From contig NC_057719.1 of NCBI RefSeq assembly GCF_004010195.1, forward strand, positions 15,891,860 through 15,955,859: DNA of 64,000 nt, given 5' to 3'. Shown here piece by piece: positions 62,750 through 64,000 of this stretch (positions within the stretch are counted from its first letter, which is position 1; each line of letters begins with the position of its first letter). The stretch is from Chiloscyllium plagiosum. Taxonomy: Eukaryota. The position numbers and the translations under genes are program-made. The notes below the pieces were generated by a model, which saw only the letters and a list, made by a program, of their open reading frames with translations, did no database searches and had not been told where the DNA came from.

Positions 62750-64000
62750 TTTGCGATCCTGGTCGAAGGTGATCCAACTCTCAGAACGAAACTCTCTCCC
62801 TCTTCAGTTTAACAAACAGATAGTACAGAAACAACTAAAGAAGTCAAAACTGCTGGCTATTACAGAAAACATAGCTACTAAAGCCCATAAAGGAATGTTC
62901 ACAGGACTCATTCAAGGTCATGTAGCTTGTCGAGTATTATCAACAATTTTAGCCCTTCACCCCATCCTCAACAATCTATTTGCCATGCAGCTGTCGAATA
63001 TCATTATCAAATGTAGTCCTTCAGCCCATCCAGTGCATATGGATAGCAATATCATCCAGACAGCTGTTGAGATCCTGGTGGATGTTGGTCATGGTGCATT
63101 AGAAGATTTTGGGTGCTGAGGTAGTTTCAGAAGGAAGATGGTTAAATAGTATTAAGAAGAATAAAGAAAACAATATGCCTGAAGGGAGTAATGAATGTGA
63201 TAAAGAATTTGGATTCCAATTCACAGCTGGTGATATCCAGAAGCCAAATGGTTTGCAAGCAATTAACAATGTTGTTCTCAACTAAATGAACTAGACAAAA
63301 CAAATTATAAAACTTTTTGGACTATCATGAATACTATTCTAGGATCCTGACTGGAAAAAATCCAGTGCAGATTTTTTTTAATAAAAGATAATTTTAAGAG
63401 TGCAAAGTCAAGATTCTACTCTATACTGATCAGAGCCCTGCAATTACTAGAGTTTAAAACAATGTGATTGTGAATGCAATGTTGAAAGTTTAAAGAACAA
63501 TGAACAGAAGTCACGTCTTAAAATCAAGTAAATGTTTTGGGTTTCATATAATTGAAAAATAACACTTAATAATGAGGCTTATTTTGCAAATGATAATGTT
63601 TCATTGCTGTTAGTTATGCATCATGTAATATGCTAATTATTAAAATGCTGATGATGTTAAGAACCTGCTGTATTGCAAACAAATATTTACCATTGTGATG
63701 GGGTGGAAGGGAATGAGTGTGACAACCTTTGATGTGGAAACTATGCAATAAGAAAAATTTGTAATCTCCAATTAAACTTAATTTCTCAGCTCCTTAATTA
63801 ACATGGTATACTAGTTTAGAGATAGCTAAATAATTACCAACAAATCATTTATCAGCTTTCCCATGCTGTCACACTTATTTTCATTTTTTTCAAATTTACT
63901 CACACATGACTGTTCACTGCTGCTTTTGACTGTATTCTCTCAATGTTATTCTGTAGTACCATGTGCTTTATAATATGCTGGAAGCAAAGCCTTCTTAAAA

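Noticed and set aside
62752..63300. Full 5' LTR of the ERV-L-like element
   Set aside because: No matching 3' LTR copy, poly(A) signal or TSD was found; only the CA end next to the PBS is supported.
44355..64000. Next CATSPERB exon (phase 2) candidates at 46308, 48013, 56240, 57111 and 63957
   Set aside because: Each has early stops or no similarity to the expected downstream CatSper-beta sequence.

Overview
Vertebrate genomic DNA, very probably from a shark or other cartilaginous fish: it carries HE1/V-SINEs, esterase-type CR1 LINEs and hammerhead-bearing Penelope-like elements. The host gene is CATSPERB (sperm CatSper channel auxiliary subunit beta) on the + strand. Seven phase-compatible internal exons (2740-2806, 8975-9030, 12619-12771, 15558-15713, 32933-33077, 33828-33979, 44203-44354) splice into a stop-free frame. 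The introns are packed with decayed and nested transposable elements: CR1, L2, Rex1/Babar-like, Neptune- and Poseidon-type Penelope elements, a Mag-type and a Gmr1-type Gypsy, solo LTRs, SINEs and Harbinger-type Myb/SANT relics. The most unusual observations are: (1) several unrelated poly(A)-tailed retrocopies, one with a tRNA-Asn head, inserted repeatedly and co-orientedly at the TATAAACAGG motif of one Gypsy LTR family, suggesting a site-specific LTR-promoter parasite; (2) a decayed ERV-L/Fv1-like (class III) gag with retroviral CA-NN-TGG primer-binding-site geometry and no recognisable pol; (3) palindromic Penelope-derived insertions with opposed hammerhead ribozyme motifs, one of which captured nearby intronic sequence. 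All family assignments come from manual translation and remembered motifs; no database search was run, and TE boundaries without a stated TSD are approximate.
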